A DNA stretch of 64,000 nt from Candidatus Omnitrophota bacterium (GTDB lineage Bacteria > Omnitrophota > Gorgyraeia > 2-02-FULL-51-18). Shown piece after piece: positions 42,814-56,168 of the stretch. The stretch is from NCBI GenBank assembly GCA_022072175.1, contig JAJVIE010000003.1, positions 665,840 to 729,839 on the forward strand, written 5' to 3'. Positions within the stretch are counted from its first letter, which is position 1, and every line of letters begins with the position of its first letter. The translations under genes and the position numbers were made by a program. Below the pieces are notes generated by a model. It searched no databases. It saw only the letters and a program-made list of their open reading frames with translations, and was not told the origin of the DNA.

Positions 42814-44196
42814 TCAGGAGAGGGTCTCGGCGCGGAGATCGTGCTCGTCCGCGCCGGTGATCGTAACGTCGACGAATTCACCGGGTCTCAGCTCCTTTTT
42901 CGAGGTGACCTTGACTTGGCCGTCCACTTCGGGCGCGTCACCCTCGGTGCGTCCGAGATAACGTCCCGAGCGCTTGTCCTTCGTGTCGATGAGCACGCGC
43001 ATCTTACGGCCGATCTTGGCCGCGTTGATCTCCGCGGAGATGGAGAACTGCAGTTCCATGACGGCCTCGTAGCGTTCGCGCTTGAGCGCGGGATCGATGG
43101 GGTCCGGGAGGCTCACCGAGCGCGCGCCTTCTTCCGGTGAGTAGATGAACGCCCCGAGCTTCTCGAACCGGACCTCTTTCATGCACTGGAGCAGGTCCTC
43201 GAACTCCTCCTCGGTCTCCCCCGGGAAGCCCACGATGACCGTCGTTCTGAGCGTCAGCTCGGGCATCGCCCGGCGCAGCTTGAGGATGTTGTCCATCATC
43301 GTCCGCCGATCGACCCCGCGATTCATGCGGCGGAGCATGGCGTCGTGACTGTGTTCGATGGGGAAATCCACGTACTTGCACAGCGAGCGGCCCTCCGCCA
43401 GCGCGGCGATCATCTCGTCGTTGATGTGCCCCGGATGGGCGTAGAGCAGCCTCACCCAGGGAACCCTGCCGGAGCGATCGACCGCGCGCAGAAGCTCGGG
43501 CAGCTCGAAGCGGCGTGAGCGGTCATAGCCGAACGCCGCGGTGTCCTGGCCGATGAGCAGCACCTCGGACAGCGACCGTTCGGCACAAAGGCCCTCGATC
43601 TCGGAGACCACCGACTCGACCGTACGCGAGCGATGAGCTCCTTTCATCTTGGGGATCACGCAGTAGGAGCAGGCGTTGATGCAGCCCTCGGAGATCTTCA
43701 CATAGGCGTAGTGCGGCGGAGTCAGCGCCACGCGAGGCGTCTTCTCGTCCAGCAGATAGGTCGGCCTCGGGCGTACATCATAAACGCGTGCGTGTTTGGC
43801 GCGGAGGGGTTCGAGCACCTCCGCCAGAGCGCCGAAGCTGTCCGTGCCTACGATACCGTCGACCTCGGCGAGCTCCTCGCGGAGCTCTCCGCCGTAACGC
43901 TGGGCCAGACAGCCCAGTACGACGACGGCTCCGAGACGCCCCTTCTTCTTGCGCTCGCACAGCGTCAAGATCGTCTCGACGGACTCGACCTTGGCTTCCT
44001 CGATGAACCCGCAGGTGTTGACGATCGCCACATCGGCATCCTTGACGTCGCGCACGATCTGATAGCCATGCCCTTTCAGCGATCCGAGGGCGACCTCGGA
44101 GTCGACGAGCGTGCGGGCACACCCCAGACTGACGAGCGCGACGCGGGTCGGGCGACCCGCCGCGAGGGGATCAGGAGCGGTTGCGGACGCCGTCAC
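42814..44196 (-). CDS. rimO: Ribosomal protein S12 methylthiotransferase
   Basis: SLGC, NTCGFI, radical SAM CINACSYC, APEVDG TRAM motif. Confidence 0.95.
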   Translation of the reverse strand: MTASATAPDPLAAGRPTRVALVSLGCARTLVDSEVALGSLKGHGYQIVRDVKDADVAIVNTCGFIEEAKVESVETILTLCERKKKGRLGAVVVLGCLAQRYGGELREELAEVDGIVGTDSFGALAEVLEPLRAKHARVYDVRPRPTYLLDEKTPRVALTPPHYAYVKISEGCINACSYCVIPKMKGAHRSRTVESVVSEIEGLCAERSLSEVLLIGQDTAAFGYDRSRRFELPELLRAVDRSGRVPWVRLLYAHPGHINDEMIAALAEGRSLCKYVDFPIEHSHDAMLRRMNRGVDRRTMMDNILKLRRAMPELTLRTTVIVGFPGETEEEFEDLLQCMKEVRFEKLGAFIYSPEEGARSVSLPDPIDPALKRERYEAVMELQFSISAEINAAKIGRKMRVLIDTKDKRSGRYLGRTEGDAPEVDGQVKVTSKKELRPGEFVDVTITGADEHDLRAETLS

Positions 44197-44944
44197 GGTC
44201 GATGACCATCTTCTTGACCACGCCCTTGCCGGGCGAGCCGAGCGCGGCGCCGTTGAGCGTCAGGGACATGTTGGAGGAGTTGCCCGTCCAGATCTCGTAG
44301 GAGGACACCGCGGTCCAGGATTCGGTGGCGCCGCGCTTGAGGATGGACTGGAAGACGATCTTGCCGTCCGCGGTCACCCTCATCCAGACGTTGTCGAGGG
44401 CCTTGATGCGCAACTGCAGCGGAGCGTTGCGGTTGATGCGCGGATAGTTGCCCTGAGAGGGGCTCCTCAACCACGTCCCGTCTTTTTCGACGGGGACGAC
44501 AGCGGGCGCCTTGCGCGGGGCCTGAGTCCTGACCTGCGTGCGCTGCGAGCGCAGACCGGAGATCCTCTCATAGGCCGCCTTACCCGCCGCGAAGATCAGC
44601 GCCGCGCCGGCAAGTACAACGCAGAGAAGGATCGCCGGAGCGATCCAGCGGCGGTCCGACGTCTTCTGGCGCGATTCAGCGGGACGGATGAACAGGACCT
44701 GCTCCGGCTCCCGGCGCCCTTGTTTCTCGTAATTGGAGACGACCTGATCGGCGTCGATCTGCAGGAAATCCGCGTAACTGCGCAGGAAGCTCTTGGCGAA
44801 CAGCGGGCTCGGGAGCTTCTCGAACTTGTCCTCCTCCATCAGCTGGAGCACACGGGGATGGATCTTGATCTTCGCGTGCACCTCTTCGTGGGTCAGGGAT
44901 TTTTTCTCACGCGCTTCCTTGAGCTGACCGCCGATGGTGCTCAC
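44171..44944 (-). CDS. rodZ: RodZ-like protein (HTH, TM helix, C-terminal DUF4115-like domain)
   Basis: IGGQLKEAREKK...FLRSYADFL HTH, one TM helix, WMRVTADG...TGN tail; ftsK-rodZ-rimO synteny. Confidence 0.82.
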   Translation of the reverse strand: MSTIGGQLKEAREKKSLTHEEVHAKIKIHPRVLQLMEEDKFEKLPSPLFAKSFLRSYADFLQIDADQVVSNYEKQGRREPEQVLFIRPAESRQKTSDRRWIAPAILLCVVLAGAALIFAAGKAAYERISGLRSQRTQVRTQAPRKAPAVVPVEKDGTWLRSPSQGNYPRINRNAPLQLRIKALDNVWMRVTADGKIVFQSILKRGATESWTAVSSYEIWTGNSSNMSLTLNGAALGSPGKGVVKKMVIDRDGVRNRS

Positions 44945-47412
44945 GCCGGCGTCTCCTCGGAGCCGCCGGGCTGGGCCTCGGGTCGCTCGACCAGGATCTC
45001 CCTGGGCTTGGCCCCCCTGTAAGGACCGACCACACCGTCCTCCTCCATCATGTCGATCAGGCGCGCCGCGCGGGTGTAACCGACACCCAGGCGCCGCTGG
45101 ACCATCGAGACCGAAGCTTGGCCTGTTTCAAGAACGACCCTCTTGGCTTCTTCGTAGACCTGGTCCCGCTCGAACGTCGCGAAACCCGCCTTCTTCTCCA
45201 CGCCGGCGGAGACCACGTCCGCGTAGGCCGGCTTGCGCTGTTTCTTGATGAAATCCGTGATGCGCTCGACCTCGGCATCCTGGACCCAGGCGCCCTGAGC
45301 GCGCACGAGCTTGGACCGGCGGGGATCCATCAATAGGAGGTCTCCGCGCCCCAACAGCTTGTCAGCGCCGTTCTCGTCCAGGATGGTGCGGCTGTCGACC
45401 TTGGAAGCGACCTGGAACGCCAGTCGGGCCGGAAAATTGGCTTTGATGACGCCCGTGATGACGTCCACGGAGGGCCTCTGCGTGGCGAGGATCATGTGGA
45501 TCCCGACCGCGCGCGCCAACTGCGCCAGACGCGTGATGGCGGTTTCGACCTCCTGGGCGGAGGTCATCATCAGGTCGGCCAGCTCGTCGATCACGAGCAC
45601 GATGTACGGCAGCTTACGGACGATCACCGGTTCGTCCTCATTGTCTTCCGTGATCTTCACGAACCTCGGGTCGATCTGTTTGTTCTCGACCTTCTCGTTG
45701 AACGCCAGGATGTTGCGGGCCCCGACCTTCGACAGGACCTTGTAGCGGCGCTCCATCTCGTTGAGCAGCCAGCCGAGCGCGTTGGGAGCCTTCGTCTTGT
45801 CCGTGACGACCGGGCAGATCAAGTGCGGCAGGTCGTTGTAGAAGTGCAGTTCCACCATCTTGGGATCGATCATGAGGAACTTCACTTCTTCGGGTGTGGC
45901 CCGGTACAGGATCGAGGTGATGATGCTGTTGATGCAGACGCTCTTGCCGGTGTTGGTGGCGCCGGCGATCAAGAGGTGCGGCAGATCGGCCAGGTTGCAG
46001 ACCAGCGGGGAACCTGCCGTGTCCTTGCCGATCGCGATCGCGACCTTCGAGCGCTCGTTCTGGAATTCGGGCGAAGCGAGCACTTCGCGGATGTAGACCG
46101 TGGCGGCGGCGGAGTTGGGGACCTCGATGCCGACGCGCGACTTGCCGGGTATCGGGGCCAGGATGCGCACCGACGCGGCACGCATCACCAGAGCGATATC
46201 GTTCTCGAGCGAAGTGATCTTCTGGACCTTGACGCCCGCCGCGGGCTGCAGCTCATAGCGGGTGATCGTGGGTCCCTGCTCCACCTCGACGACCTTGGCA
46301 TCGATCCCGAAATCCCTGAGCGTATCCTCCAGGACCTTGGAACTCTCCTGGAGCGTATCGCGCATCTTGCCCTGATCGAGCGGCGGCGGGGCCTGCAGGA
46401 GGTCCATGGCCGGCAGAGCGTACGCCGGCAAGTCCTCCTCGACCGGGAGCGGGGCGGCGTCGGCGGCTTTGGGCTTGAGCTCGTCGGCCTTGGCCGCGGC
46501 GGCTTTGGCAGGCTGTGGCGTATCGGTCTTCGGTGTCACCGGGGGTTTGGTCATTTCGCGGACGGCGTCCTTCGAAGGCTCCTTCACGGCATCCTTGCCG
46601 GCCGAGCTCTTGGGTTCGAGCGCCGTCTCGTTCTCGCGGTTGAGCTTGATCTTGGGCGGTTGCGGCGGCGCCGTCGGAGCGGCCGGTACCGGCACGATCT
46701 GAGCCCCGCTGCGCGCCTCCGCTTTGACGACCTTCGCGGGTCCGCGCTCTTTCTGGATGAGCTCCTGCAGGGCCGAACGCTTGACCGCCGGGACGCCGGC
46801 CTTGACAGTGGCCGCCGCGCGCTCGGTCTCAGCGTTCTTGAGGTAGCGGTCGCGGAGCCTGCTGAACAGATCCACCGCCATCTGCAGCAGGAGAAGCTCC
46901 GAGGCCAGAAGGATCGAGAGGATGAGCAACGATAGAGCCACGAACGCTCCGGCCGGACCGACGAACAGGTCGAGCCACTGAGCGCCGAAATACCCGAGCA
47001 TCCCCCCGCTCTCGAAGCGTCCAACGGAGTCCCGTCCGAACAGGATCGAGGCCAGCGCGCAAGAGGAACTCATGAAGATCACGGTGGAGAAGACCTTGAA
47101 GGACAGGTGCTGGCCTTTGCGGCCGGCCCAACGGGAAAGCGCCCAGGTCAAAAGGAGCGGGATCAGCAGGAACGCGGCCGACCCGAAGAGCAGGCGGAGC
47201 GCGAACGCCGTGTAGGCGCCGGCGACACCGGCGTAGTTGTGCGCCGGAGAATTGGGCGCCGACACCAGCCACGAGATATCGGTGGGTGTATAGGACAACA
47301 ACGAGAGCGTCAGAAGGACCGACACGACGATCCAGAAGAACGCCTGGATCTCGCCCCGCTTGCGTTGATCGAGGCGCTCAGACGCCCGTGTGTCCGAAGC
47401 CGCCTGCGGCAC
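44941..47412 (-). CDS. ftsK: DNA translocase FtsK (start approximate)
   Basis: N-terminal TM domain, [39 protein letters not shown], gamma domain GYTRAAR. Confidence 0.96.
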   Translation of the reverse strand: MPQAASDTRASERLDQRKRGEIQAFFWIVVSVLLTLSLLSYTPTDISWLVSAPNSPAHNYAGVAGAYTAFALRLLFGSAAFLLIPLLLTWALSRWAGRKGQHLSFKVFSTVIFMSSSCALASILFGRDSVGRFESGGMLGYFGAQWLDLFVGPAGAFVALSLLILSILLASELLLLQMAVDLFSRLRDRYLKNAETERAAATVKAGVPAVKRSALQELIQKERGPAKVVKAEARSGAQIVPVPAAPTAPPQPPKIKLNRENETALEPKSSAGKDAVKEPSKDAVREMTKPPVTPKTDTPQPAKAAAAKADELKPKAADAAPLPVEEDLPAYALPAMDLLQAPPPLDQGKMRDTLQESSKVLEDTLRDFGIDAKVVEVEQGPTITRYELQPAAGVKVQKITSLENDIALVMRAASVRILAPIPGKSRVGIEVPNSAAATVYIREVLASPEFQNERSKVAIAIGKDTAGSPLVCNLADLPHLLIAGATNTGKSVCINSIITSILYRATPEEVKFLMIDPKMVELHFYNDLPHLICPVVTDKTKAPNALGWLLNEMERRYKVLSKVGARNILAFNEKVENKQIDPRFVKITEDNEDEPVIVRKLPYIVLVIDELADLMMTSAQEVETAITRLAQLARAVGIHMILATQRPSVDVITGVIKANFPARLAFQVASKVDSRTILDENGADKLLGRGDLLLMDPRRSKLVRAQGAWVQDAEVERITDFIKKQRKPAYADVVSAGVEKKAGFATFERDQVYEEAKRVVLETGQASVSMVQRRLGVGYTRAARLIDMMEEDGVVGPYRGAKPREILVERPEAQPGGSEETPA

Positions 47413-47827
47413 GCTGGCTCCCTTCCAGATCTTCGACGGTCTCGAACTCGGCCCTGACGACCTCCTGGAGGACCAGCTGGGCCATGCGGGCGCCCCTGCG
47501 AACGACGTAGGGCTCTTTACCGAGGTTGGTGACGATGAGCTTGATCTCGCCGCGGTAGTCGCTATCGATGGTGCCGGGAGCATTCACAAGGGTGACGCCG
47601 TGCTTGAGCGCCAGTCCGCTGCGCGGACGCACTTGCGCCTCGTACCCCGGAGGCAGGTGGATGGAGAGGCCCGTGGGGATCAGATGGATCTCCCCCGGAG
47701 ACAGAACGACCTCTCCGCGGATGTCCGCGGAAAGGTCCATTCCGGCCGCCCCGGCGCTCATGTACGCCGGAGCGGGCAGGTCCTCAGTTCCAGGATTTCT
47801 TTTGATCAGGACCTTGACTGACTTCAC
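47378..47827 (-). CDS. dut: dUTP diphosphatase
   Basis: [33 protein letters not shown]; probable GTG start at 47827. Confidence 0.95.
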   Translation of the reverse strand: MKSVKVLIKRNPGTEDLPAPAYMSAGAAGMDLSADIRGEVVLSPGEIHLIPTGLSIHLPPGYEAQVRPRSGLALKHGVTLVNAPGTIDSDYRGEIKLIVTNLGKEPYVVRRGARMAQLVLQEVVRAEFETVEDLEGSQRAAGGFGHTGV

Positions 47828-50063
47828 CGCGCTCGCCCCTGTACGGACGTTCGCCGCGGTCGCCGCGGTCGCCACGACCGCCGCGATCACCGCGGTCGCC
47901 ACGATCCCCCCTGCCGCCGCGATCGCCCCGGTCACCGCGATCATTGCGGCGCTGGACGACGGGCGGGCCCTCCATGGTCGACTGCTTCTTGGAGAGGTTG
48001 ATGCGGCCCTGTGTATCGATCTCGATGACCTTGACGCGGATGGGGTCGCCGACCTTCACGACCTCATCGACGTTCTCCACGTACTTGTCGGAGAGCTCCG
48101 AGATGTGGCAGAGACCCTCTTTGCCGGGCAGGATCTCGCAGAACGCCCCGAAGTTCATGATACGCTTGACGGTGCCGTCGTAGACGCGGCCGACCTCGGG
48201 ATCCTCGGTGATGCCGCGGATCATGTCGATGGCCTTCTGCGAACAGCCCTGATCGCTCGAAGCGATGCGGACCGTGCCGTCGTCCTCGACCTCGATCGTC
48301 GCGCCGGAATCCTGCTGAATCTTACGGATCATCTTGCCGCCGGGGCCGATGATCTCGCGGATCTTCTCCGGATCGATCTTGATCGTGGTGATGCGCGGCG
48401 CGAACGCCGACAGCTCGCGGCGCGGAGCGGACAGCGCCTGGTTCATCTTCTGCAGGATCTCGAGGCGGGCCTTACGAGCCTGCTCGAGCGCGTTCTGCAG
48501 CATCTCGACGGACAGCGACTCCTTGAGCTTCAGGTCCAGCTGGATCGCGGTCACGCCGCGCTCGTTACCGGTGACCTTGAAGTCCATGTCGCCCAGATGG
48601 TCCTCGACTCCGGCGATATCGGTCAGCACGGCGTACTTGCCATTGCGCGTGACCAGACCCATCGCGATGCCGCTGACCGCCGAGCTCGTGGGGACGCCCG
48701 CGTCCATCAGGGCCAGCGATCCGGAGCAGACGCTCGCCATGCTCGAGGAACCGTTGGACTCCAGGATCTCAGAGACGATGCGGAGCGTGTACGGGAAGGC
48801 TTCCTTGGTCGGCAGAACGGGCTTGATGCCGCGTTCGGCCAGGGCGCCGTGACCGACCTCGCGCCGGCCGGGACCGCGCACGGGCTTGATCTCGCCCACC
48901 GAGAACGGCGGGAAGTTGTAGTGCAGCATGAACGACTTGTAGATGTTGCCGTCGAGCGAGTCGATCGAATCGATCATCTGCTCGTCCTTGCTGGTGCCGA
49001 GCGTGGCCACGCCGAGAGACTGCGTCTGTCCGCGCGTGAACAGCGCCGAGCCGTGGGCTCGGGGCAGCACGCCCACCTCGATGGAGATCGGGCGGATCTC
49101 ATCATAGCGGCGGCCGTCGGGACGGACCTGCTTGTCGAGGATGTAGCGGCGGACCTCGTCCTTCTCCACCTCGTGGAACGCCCAGGCCAGTTGGCCCTCC
49201 GTCACGGTGGCGCCTTCGACGAGGTAGTGCTCCTTCGCCTTGGCGTACAACGCATCGACCGCGGCGTAACGCTTCTCCTTCTCACGGTCCTCGTTGTTGA
49301 TCCGCTCGAGCTCCGGAGCGCAGAACTTCGTCAGCTCGGCCAGGAACTCATCGGACACGGTCTGCAGTTCGTGCGCCAGAGTGGGCTTGCCGCACTCGGC
49401 CTGCATCTTGCGTTGGAGCTCCAGGAGCGGCTTGAGCTGCTCGCGGGCGAACTCCAAGGCCTCGATGATCTTGGTCTCCGGCACGAACTTCGCGCCCGCC
49501 TCGATCATGATGATGCCCTTCTCGGTGCTCGCCACGACGATGTCGAGGTCGCCCTTCTCGGTCTCGTCGAACGTCGGATTGAGGATCAGACGGCCGTCCA
49601 CCAGACCGACACGCGCCGCAGCCATCGGGCCCAGGTAAGGCGCGCCGGAGATCATGAGCGCGGCCGAGGCGCCGATCATCGCGGGGATGTCGGAGTTGTT
49701 GACCTTATCGGCGGACAGAACGTTGGCGATGACCTGGACCTCGTGGTAGAAGCCCTCGGGGAACAACGGGCGGATGGGGCGGTCGATCAGGCGAGAGACG
49801 AGCGTCTCCTTCTCCGTCGACTTTCCCTCACGGCGGAAATAGCTGCCCGGGATCTTGCCGCCGGCGTAGCTCTTCTCCTGGTACTCGCACGAAAGCGGGA
49901 AGAAATCCGCGTTGGCCTTGGGCTTTTTGCCCACGCACACGGCGACGAGCACGATCGTGTCGCCGACGCGCACGGTCACGGCGCCGTCGGCCTGCTTGGC
50001 CATGCGGCCGGTTTCGATGACAATACGCTGCTGTCCGAGAGTGATCTCGTATGTTCTATGCAT
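47784..50063 (-). CDS. pnp: Polyribonucleotide nucleotidyltransferase
   Basis: [35 protein letters not shown] and S1 domains. Confidence 0.98.
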   Translation of the reverse strand: MHRTYEITLGQQRIVIETGRMAKQADGAVTVRVGDTIVLVAVCVGKKPKANADFFPLSCEYQEKSYAGGKIPGSYFRREGKSTEKETLVSRLIDRPIRPLFPEGFYHEVQVIANVLSADKVNNSDIPAMIGASAALMISGAPYLGPMAAARVGLVDGRLILNPTFDETEKGDLDIVVASTEKGIIMIEAGAKFVPETKIIEALEFAREQLKPLLELQRKMQAECGKPTLAHELQTVSDEFLAELTKFCAPELERINNEDREKEKRYAAVDALYAKAKEHYLVEGATVTEGQLAWAFHEVEKDEVRRYILDKQVRPDGRRYDEIRPISIEVGVLPRAHGSALFTRGQTQSLGVATLGTSKDEQMIDSIDSLDGNIYKSFMLHYNFPPFSVGEIKPVRGPGRREVGHGALAERGIKPVLPTKEAFPYTLRIVSEILESNGSSSMASVCSGSLALMDAGVPTSSAVSGIAMGLVTRNGKYAVLTDIAGVEDHLGDMDFKVTGNERGVTAIQLDLKLKESLSVEMLQNALEQARKARLEILQKMNQALSAPRRELSAFAPRITTIKIDPEKIREIIGPGGKMIRKIQQDSGATIEVEDDGTVRIASSDQGCSQKAIDMIRGITEDPEVGRVYDGTVKRIMNFGAFCEILPGKEGLCHISELSDKYVENVDEVVKVGDPIRVKVIEIDTQGRINLSKKQSTMEGPPVVQRRNDRGDRGDRGGRGDRGDRGDRGGRGDRGDRGERPYRGERGEVSQGPDQKKSWN
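47850..47945 (-). repeat. Imperfect 9-bp tandem repeat encoding the (RGD/RGG)n tail of PNPase
   Basis: GACCGCGGC-like units; peptide [32 protein letters not shown]. Confidence 0.85.
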
Positions 50064-50069
50064 TGGATT

Positions 50070-50339
50070 TTACTTTCTAAGATCGAGCTGCTGGATGAGT
50101 TTCTGGTAGGCTTCCTGGTCGTTGCGCTTGAGATAGTTCAGCAGCTTGCGTCGCTGCGAAACCAGCTTCAGGAGGCCGTGGCGGGAGTGATGGTCCTTCA
50201 CATGGGCCTTAAAATGATCACCGAGATTGTTGATGCGCTCGGTCAGGACGGCGATCTGGACATGGGATGAGCCGGTGTCCTTGTCGCTCTTCCTATGGGT
50301 CTTGATGACCTCTTGTTTGCGCTGCTTGCTGATGGGCAT
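50070..50339 (-). CDS. rpsO: 30S ribosomal protein S15
   Basis: [31 protein letters not shown]; 89 aa from the ATG at 50339. Confidence 0.97.
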   Translation of the reverse strand: MPISKQRKQEVIKTHRKSDKDTGSSHVQIAVLTERINNLGDHFKAHVKDHHSRHGLLKLVSQRRKLLNYLKRNDQEAYQKLIQQLDLRK

Positions 50340-50378
50340 TCTTCTTCCTTCTCCTTTTGGCTTTGTTGGATTGGGGTG

Positions 50379-50407
50379 ATTATACTCTGGGCGGAGGGCT
50401 TTGTAAA
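50379..50407 (-). promoter_or_regulatory. Sigma70 promoter of rpsO-pnp
   Basis: TTTACA-N17-TATAAT. Confidence 0.8.
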
Positions 50408-50412
50408 GGCAA

Positions 50413-51351
50413 TTAGCCCTGTCCGGCGAGGGCCGCTCGGGCCCTGCGGACATCGCCCGTGATGGCTTCGGCAAGTTCGACCGAGGAGCTGAACCTCTTG
50501 ATATCCCGGAGCTTACGCACGAACTCCAGCTCGATCGGCCGCCCATAGAGCGGGCCGTCGGGCGGAGTCAGGAAGTGCGCCTCGATGCTCGGGTCCTGTT
50601 CCCCAAAAGTCGGCCTCGGCCCGATATGGACGACGGCCCTGAGGCGCCTTCGGTCCAGCAGGCCCCAAGCGGCGTAGACCCCCGGCGGAGGCAGGGTCTC
50701 GTGATGGGGATTGAGGTTGGCCGTCGCATAACCGATCCGGCGGCCCCGGCCGTATCCTCGGACGACATCACCGTAGATCGATACCCGGCGTCCGAGCAAT
50801 CGCGCCGCGCCCGCCAGGTCCCCGCTCACGATCATCTCCCGGATGCGGGTGCTCGATACGGCGGTCCCTCCGACACGATAGACCCGCTCGACGTGGATCT
50901 CCCTTCCTCCGGAGGCGCCCCAGCGCTTGAGCCGGTCGGGATCCCCCAGCCCCTGCCGTCCGTACCTGAAATCATGGCCCACGCAGACGACCCGCGCCCC
51001 CAGCTTGCGGTCGAGCGTCTCCAGGAACGCGTCCGCGCTCATCGCCGCGAAGCGCTTGTCGAAGCGCACGACAATGGTCTCCGCGACGCCCAGCGCGGCC
51101 AACTGACTGAGGCGATGGCGCAGCGATTGGAGGATCGGCCTTCGATGATCCGGGTACAGGACGTTCTTCGGATGAGGATCGAACGTCACAACAGCGGCTT
51201 TCAGGCCCCGGCGGCGCGCCGCGGCGACGGCCCGGAGCACGATCCTCCGGTGCGCGCGGTGCACTCCGTCAAAGACCCCGATCGCGACCGCCCTCCCCCG
51301 CACGCGGCCGCTCTTGAGACCGGGATCAGCCAAGCCTTTGTAGACGCGCAT
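50413..51351 (-). CDS. ribF: Riboflavin kinase / FAD synthetase
   Basis: [38 protein letters not shown]. Confidence 0.95.
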   Translation of the reverse strand: MRVYKGLADPGLKSGRVRGRAVAIGVFDGVHRAHRRIVLRAVAAARRRGLKAAVVTFDPHPKNVLYPDHRRPILQSLRHRLSQLAALGVAETIVVRFDKRFAAMSADAFLETLDRKLGARVVCVGHDFRYGRQGLGDPDRLKRWGASGGREIHVERVYRVGGTAVSSTRIREMIVSGDLAGAARLLGRRVSIYGDVVRGYGRGRRIGYATANLNPHHETLPPPGVYAAWGLLDRRRLRAVVHIGPRPTFGEQDPSIEAHFLTPPDGPLYGRPIELEFVRKLRDIKRFSSSVELAEAITGDVRRARAALAGQG

Positions 51352-51352
51352 A

Positions 51353-52021
51353 TCAGAACAGCCGGCCGGCCAGGGTCGGTCCGGCGTCCGTTGCGAGCGA
51401 TTCGACCGTGACGGCTTGGGAAAGATCATAAGGACCGATACGTCTGCGCTTGAGCGCGGACAGGACCGCCCCGCAGCCCAGCCGCTCGCCGAGCTCGGCG
51501 GCCAGCGAGCGTACGTACGTTCCTTTGGAGCAGACGATACGGAACGCCACGTCCGGCTCGCGGTATCCGATGATCTCGAACTCATGCACGGTGACCTTAC
51601 GGGGCTCGGGCAGCACCTCCTGACCCTTGCGGGCCAGGTCGCACGACTTGCGCCCCTTGATCTTGAGCGCCGAGTAGGCCGGCGGTCGCTGCTCGAGCGC
51701 TCCACGCAACGAGGAAGCCGCGGATCGGACGCGGTCGATCGTGACATCGACCGGCGACTGTGAGGACACGCGCCCTTCGAGATCGAGCGTGTCCGTGCGG
51801 ACACCGAGCGTGAGGATGCCTTCGTAGGTCTTGTCCAGCCCCATGAACTCGTCCGACCGCTTGGTGGCCTTGCCCAGGAGCATCACCAACAGCCCCGTCG
51901 CCATCGGGTCGAGCGTACCGGCATGTCCGATGCGGCGAAGGCCGGTGCGCCGGCGCAGGTGGTCGACCGCGTCATGGCTCGTCCAGAGGATCGGCTTGTC
52001 CAGCAGAAGCGCGCCGTCCAT
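51353..52021 (-). CDS. truB: tRNA pseudouridine(55) synthase (short, no C-terminal PUA domain)
   Basis: DKP..TSHD, GHAGTLDPMATG, PPAYSALK, CSKGTYVRS; 222 aa. Confidence 0.94.
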   Translation of the reverse strand: MDGALLLDKPILWTSHDAVDHLRRRTGLRRIGHAGTLDPMATGLLVMLLGKATKRSDEFMGLDKTYEGILTLGVRTDTLDLEGRVSSQSPVDVTIDRVRSAASSLRGALEQRPPAYSALKIKGRKSCDLARKGQEVLPEPRKVTVHEFEIIGYREPDVAFRIVCSKGTYVRSLAAELGERLGCGAVLSALKRRRIGPYDLSQAVTVESLATDAGPTLAGRLF

Positions 52022-52023
52022 GC

Positions 52024-52395
52024 TCAGCCGTCCTTGCGGGGCTCCGCGCCGGCATCCTTCTCGTGGATCTTGCGCAGGATCCCTTCGATCTTCAGACTGT
52101 GATCGATCGAACGGTCGAGCTCGAAGCGCAGCTCCGTGGCGTACTTCATGTTGATGCGCTCCACGGCGAGGTGTTTGATGTAGCCGAGGTTCTCGGAGAT
52201 CGCGCGCGCGGACTCCTGCTTCTTGTCCTCGTCGCCGAGCACGCTGTAGAACACCCGCGCGAAACGCAGGTCATCGGTCACCTCGACCCGCGTGATCGTG
52301 ATGAAACCCAGATGCGGGTCGCTGACCTCCTCGATCAGGATCTGGCTGATGATCTTGCGCAGTTCTTCGGCGACCTGGTTGGCTCTTTGGGACAT
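52024..52395 (-). CDS. rbfA: Ribosome-binding factor A
   Basis: DPHLGFITITRVEVTDDLRFARV, ELRFELDRS. Confidence 0.94.
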   Translation of the reverse strand: MSQRANQVAEELRKIISQILIEEVSDPHLGFITITRVEVTDDLRFARVFYSVLGDEDKKQESARAISENLGYIKHLAVERINMKYATELRFELDRSIDHSLKIEGILRKIHEKDAGAEPRKDG

Positions 52396-52414
52396 TCGTC
52401 TCCTCTCCGGCGGT

Positions 52415-53299
52415 CTAGGCGCGGGGATGGAACCGCGCGTGGACGGACCTCAATCTGTTCTTCTCGATGTGGGTGTAGATCTGCGTGGTCGATATGTCCG
52501 AGTGGCCCAGCAGTTCCTGGACCACACGCAGATCCGCTCCGTTCTCCAACAAATGCGTCGCGAACGAGTGCCGCAACAGATGCGGGTACACGTTCTTGGT
52601 GATGCCCGCGCAGCGCGCGGCCCGGCGCAGGACCTTCCAGACCCCGATACGGCTCAACGCCTGTCCCCGCCGGCCCACGAAAACCGCCCGCGTGGCCGAC
52701 GCGGCCCAGCGCGGCCGCACTTCGGCCAGGTACGAACCCAATGCCCGTCGGGCGCGGCTGCCGATCGGCACGAAACGCTCCTTGGAGCCCTTGCCGCGGA
52801 CGCGCAACGACCCTTGAGCCAGATCGAGACCCTCCAGCGTGAGCGTCGCGGCCTCGCTGGCCCGCAGGCCGCAGGCGTACAGCACCTCGAGCAGGGCCCG
52901 GTCGCGCAAGAGCTCCTCGCCGTCCCCCGCTCCACCCGCCTCCAAGAGCCGACCCACTTCCTCCTGGGTCAGATAACCCGGCAGACGCTTCCAGAGCTTG
53001 GGCGACTCCAGCGCCTCGGTGACGTCCTTGTCGACGGAGCCCTCCGAGACCAGATAGCGGTGCAGCATCCGCACGGCCACAAGCTCCCGGGCGACGGAGA
53101 CCGGCGACAGGCCCCGATCCCTCTCGCGCAGCAAGAAATCCATCACGTCCTTACGTGATGCGTTGCGCAGCGACGAGCGCTTGGTCCCGAGGTGCGCTTC
53201 GTAGCGGAGCAGGTCGCGGCGGTACGACGACAGCGTGTTGGCCGAAAGCCCTCTTTCGACCGACAGGTGGTCCAGAAAACCCGCGATCAGCGGGTCCAT
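52415..53299 (-). CDS. xerD: Tyrosine recombinase XerD
   Basis: [57 protein letters not shown]. Confidence 0.92.
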   Translation of the reverse strand: MDPLIAGFLDHLSVERGLSANTLSSYRRDLLRYEAHLGTKRSSLRNASRKDVMDFLLRERDRGLSPVSVARELVAVRMLHRYLVSEGSVDKDVTEALESPKLWKRLPGYLTQEEVGRLLEAGGAGDGEELLRDRALLEVLYACGLRASEAATLTLEGLDLAQGSLRVRGKGSKERFVPIGSRARRALGSYLAEVRPRWAASATRAVFVGRRGQALSRIGVWKVLRRAARCAGITKNVYPHLLRHSFATHLLENGADLRVVQELLGHSDISTTQIYTHIEKNRLRSVHARFHPRA

Positions 53300-53308
53300 G
53301 CCGAGCTC

Positions 53309-53830
53309 CTAGGCCTGCGGCCCGCCCAGATCGACCACGTCCGGCAGGAGACGGTCCTTGACCTTGCTGTAGTAGTAACCCCCCGCCACGCTCCGGCCGA
53401 TCTGCTCGATCTCAGGCCTCAACGACTCGGGGTTGCTATCGTAATAGCCGGCTTCCAGACGCTCGCGGATCGCCTGCAGGCGGGCGATGATCACATCGAG
53501 CTCGGCCTTCGGTTCCGGCTGAAGATAGTTGGACATCTCGGCCAGGTGGCTGACCACTTCCTGCGCGGCGCGGCGCAAACGCTTCTTGTTGCCGTCTCGC
53601 AGATTGTCCAAGAGATCGTCCTGCCAGGTGCTCCAGAACGTATAGTGGGTCTTGTAGTAATATTCGTTGGAGTACTTCTTCTGATGCGGCCCCTCCTCCA
53701 GATAGATCACGGACTGGGTGCGCTCGGGCGCCTTCTTCTTACGCGTGAACTTCTTCTGGACCGTAGCGCAGCCGGCGGTGCTCGCCGCGAGGACCGTCGC
53801 CAACAGCGCGGCCGTGAGCCTTCTATTCAT
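53309..53830 (-). CDS. Hypothetical lipoprotein
   Basis: MNRR + hydrophobic stretch + lipobox-like TAG-C, then basic KKFTRKKK; GGAGG upstream. Confidence 0.75.
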   Translation of the reverse strand: MNRRLTAALLATVLAASTAGCATVQKKFTRKKKAPERTQSVIYLEEGPHQKKYSNEYYYKTHYTFWSTWQDDLLDNLRDGNKKRLRRAAQEVVSHLAEMSNYLQPEPKAELDVIIARLQAIRERLEAGYYDSNPESLRPEIEQIGRSVAGGYYYSKVKDRLLPDVVDLGGPQA

Positions 53831-53846
53831 CTCCACATGCCTCCGT

Positions 53847-56161
<2,315 letters not shown>

Positions 56162-56168
56162 GGCTTCA

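Noticed and set aside
47850-47945. Tandem repeat as a CRISPR or other non-coding array
   Set aside because: The units are 9 bp, in frame and without spacers; they encode the PNPase tail. No cas genes are present.
47568-50270. 900-aa plus-strand ORF, and similar long ones at 3741-5516, 33752-35647, 37144-38706, 9737-11206 and 45496-46935
   Set aside because: They are antisense shadows of conserved genes (pnp, uvrB/nadC, hisD, alaS, lysC, ftsK). High-GC codon bias removes stops on the opposite strand, and they carry no recognisable motifs.
51353-52021. Short truB as a pseudogene
   Set aside because: The catalytic HxGxLD motif is intact, the stop abuts the ribF start, and PUA-less TruB proteins are known in other bacteria.
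52415-53299. Tyrosine recombinase as the integrase of a mobile element
   Set aside because: It has typical XerD motifs and length, housekeeping neighbours, no att repeats and no cargo.
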